A DNA stretch of 64,000 nt from Octopus sinensis (lineage: Eukaryota): NCBI RefSeq assembly GCF_006345805.1, contig NC_043002.1, positions 55,118,001 to 55,182,000 on the forward strand, written 5' to 3'. The position numbers were made by a program, and so were the translations under genes. Below, one piece after another: positions 63,057 through 64,000 of the stretch. How positions within the stretch are numbered: the stretch's first letter is position 1; every line of letters begins with the position of its first letter. The notes under the pieces are model-generated. The model had not been told where the DNA came from. It worked only from the letters and a program-made list of their open reading frames with translations, and did no database searches.

Positions 63057-63704
63057 CTGAAAGAAAAATGAAGAAAATACTATATCAGTCAGTTAATTCA
63101 TGTCTGTTAAAAATTATTTTAATAACATTATGGCAAATTTAGAAATAGATTTATGTTCTTTTATAATAATTCTAACATCTTCAGTGAAATATGAGAATCA
63201 GTCTCTGTACTAGATTGGTACTTTACTTGGATCAACCCTGGAATGATGAAATCAAACGTAATCCCAGCAGGATTTGAACTCAGAACATAAAGGTACATGT
63301 CTAAACACTGCAATTATTTGTTCTGATACTCTAATCTGCTGCCTCTCAAACATTTTTAACTCTAGCTCCCTTAATGCACCGACACATAATAATACCAGAC
63401 CAGAGTAATAGGAATTTAGTTGTGGGTACAAGTTTGACATGTGAGATTACTTATCACGGTTTCAATCTACTGTGAGGGAATGTTTGACCCTAGTCACCTC
63501 ATGACCTTAGTTATTAACTAAACACATCTTTAGCCCAACTCAAGTACATATTCTTTGTAGTCCATATGAAGTCCAGTTGAAATGTAGCTCAATATTCCAC
63601 ACACACGTACACACACACACTCATTTTTCTGCTCTTGTGTTAGTTAACATGTCTGTTTAGAATGTGTGTACATTACAAGATTATCAGATGACAATCTTAA
63701 TCAG

Positions 63705-63880
63705 AATGAATGGTGCTGAAGCATATCGCCATCATCTAACATCTATTTTCCCAAGCTGGCATGGATTGGAAAGTTAGATCATTTCTATGGCTAGATGCCC
63801 TTCCTAATGCCAACCACTTTACAGTGTATACTGGGTGCTTTTCTCATGCCACCACTACTGGTGAGGTTGCCATGCAGCTT
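63705..63880 (-). mobile_element. Diverged RTE-type 3'-UTR repeat
   Basis: ggctagatgcccttcctaatgccaaccac...ggtgctttt, homologous to 11935-12000. Confidence 0.6.
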
Positions 63881-64000
63881 GAAACCCTATTAAACTGGAG
63901 GGAAGGGGCTTTATGCAAGCAGCGGAGGGTTAAGTAGGAGAGAAGAGGATGAGGTAGAGCAGGTTTTTATTTTAAGGCAGCTCCATGGGGACTCACATTT

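Larger units (their letters stand above)
61960..63620. repeat. Near-perfect tandem duplication, ~824-bp unit x2, bounded by (CA)n/(TA)n tracts
   Basis: gtagtacatgtgttttcc at 62003 and 62828; the copies differ by only a few single-base indels. Confidence 0.95.

Overview
Eukaryotic, AT-rich, repeat-saturated DNA. The SINE/LINE repertoire and very long (TA)n/(TATG)n arrays are most consistent with an octopod cephalopod (inference from recognised repeat types, no database search). No complete cellular gene is present. The window looks like ~61 kb of intergenic DNA between two convergent candidate terminal exons: 549-707 (+) and a tandemly duplicated 105-nt exon ending in ...TICCSN* (62128-62232 and 62952-63056, -). 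The interior is a mosaic of transposable elements separated by TA microsatellites. (i) At least five families (here A-E) of CR1/L2-group LINEs, including a near full-length copy (30560-35994) whose ORF1 has a Myb/SANT-like N-terminus plus CCCH zinc fingers and whose 5' region looks like it carries a spliceosomal intron. (ii) RTE-clade LINEs, one near full length (11813-16140). (iii) Penelope-like fragments with hammerhead ribozyme motifs (23050-23145, 44289-44335). (iv) A Tc1 element with IR/DR ends, a hAT (SPIN/Charlie-like) relic, a Tc/pogo-type MITE and a non-autonomous Helitron. (v) Many tRNA-derived SINEs sharing a covarying 3' stem-loop with the LINEs. Many frameshifts are single-base homopolymer indels and may be long-read consensus errors; some near-identical duplications may be assembly artefacts. 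Boundaries were read by eye and are approximate to within tens of bases.
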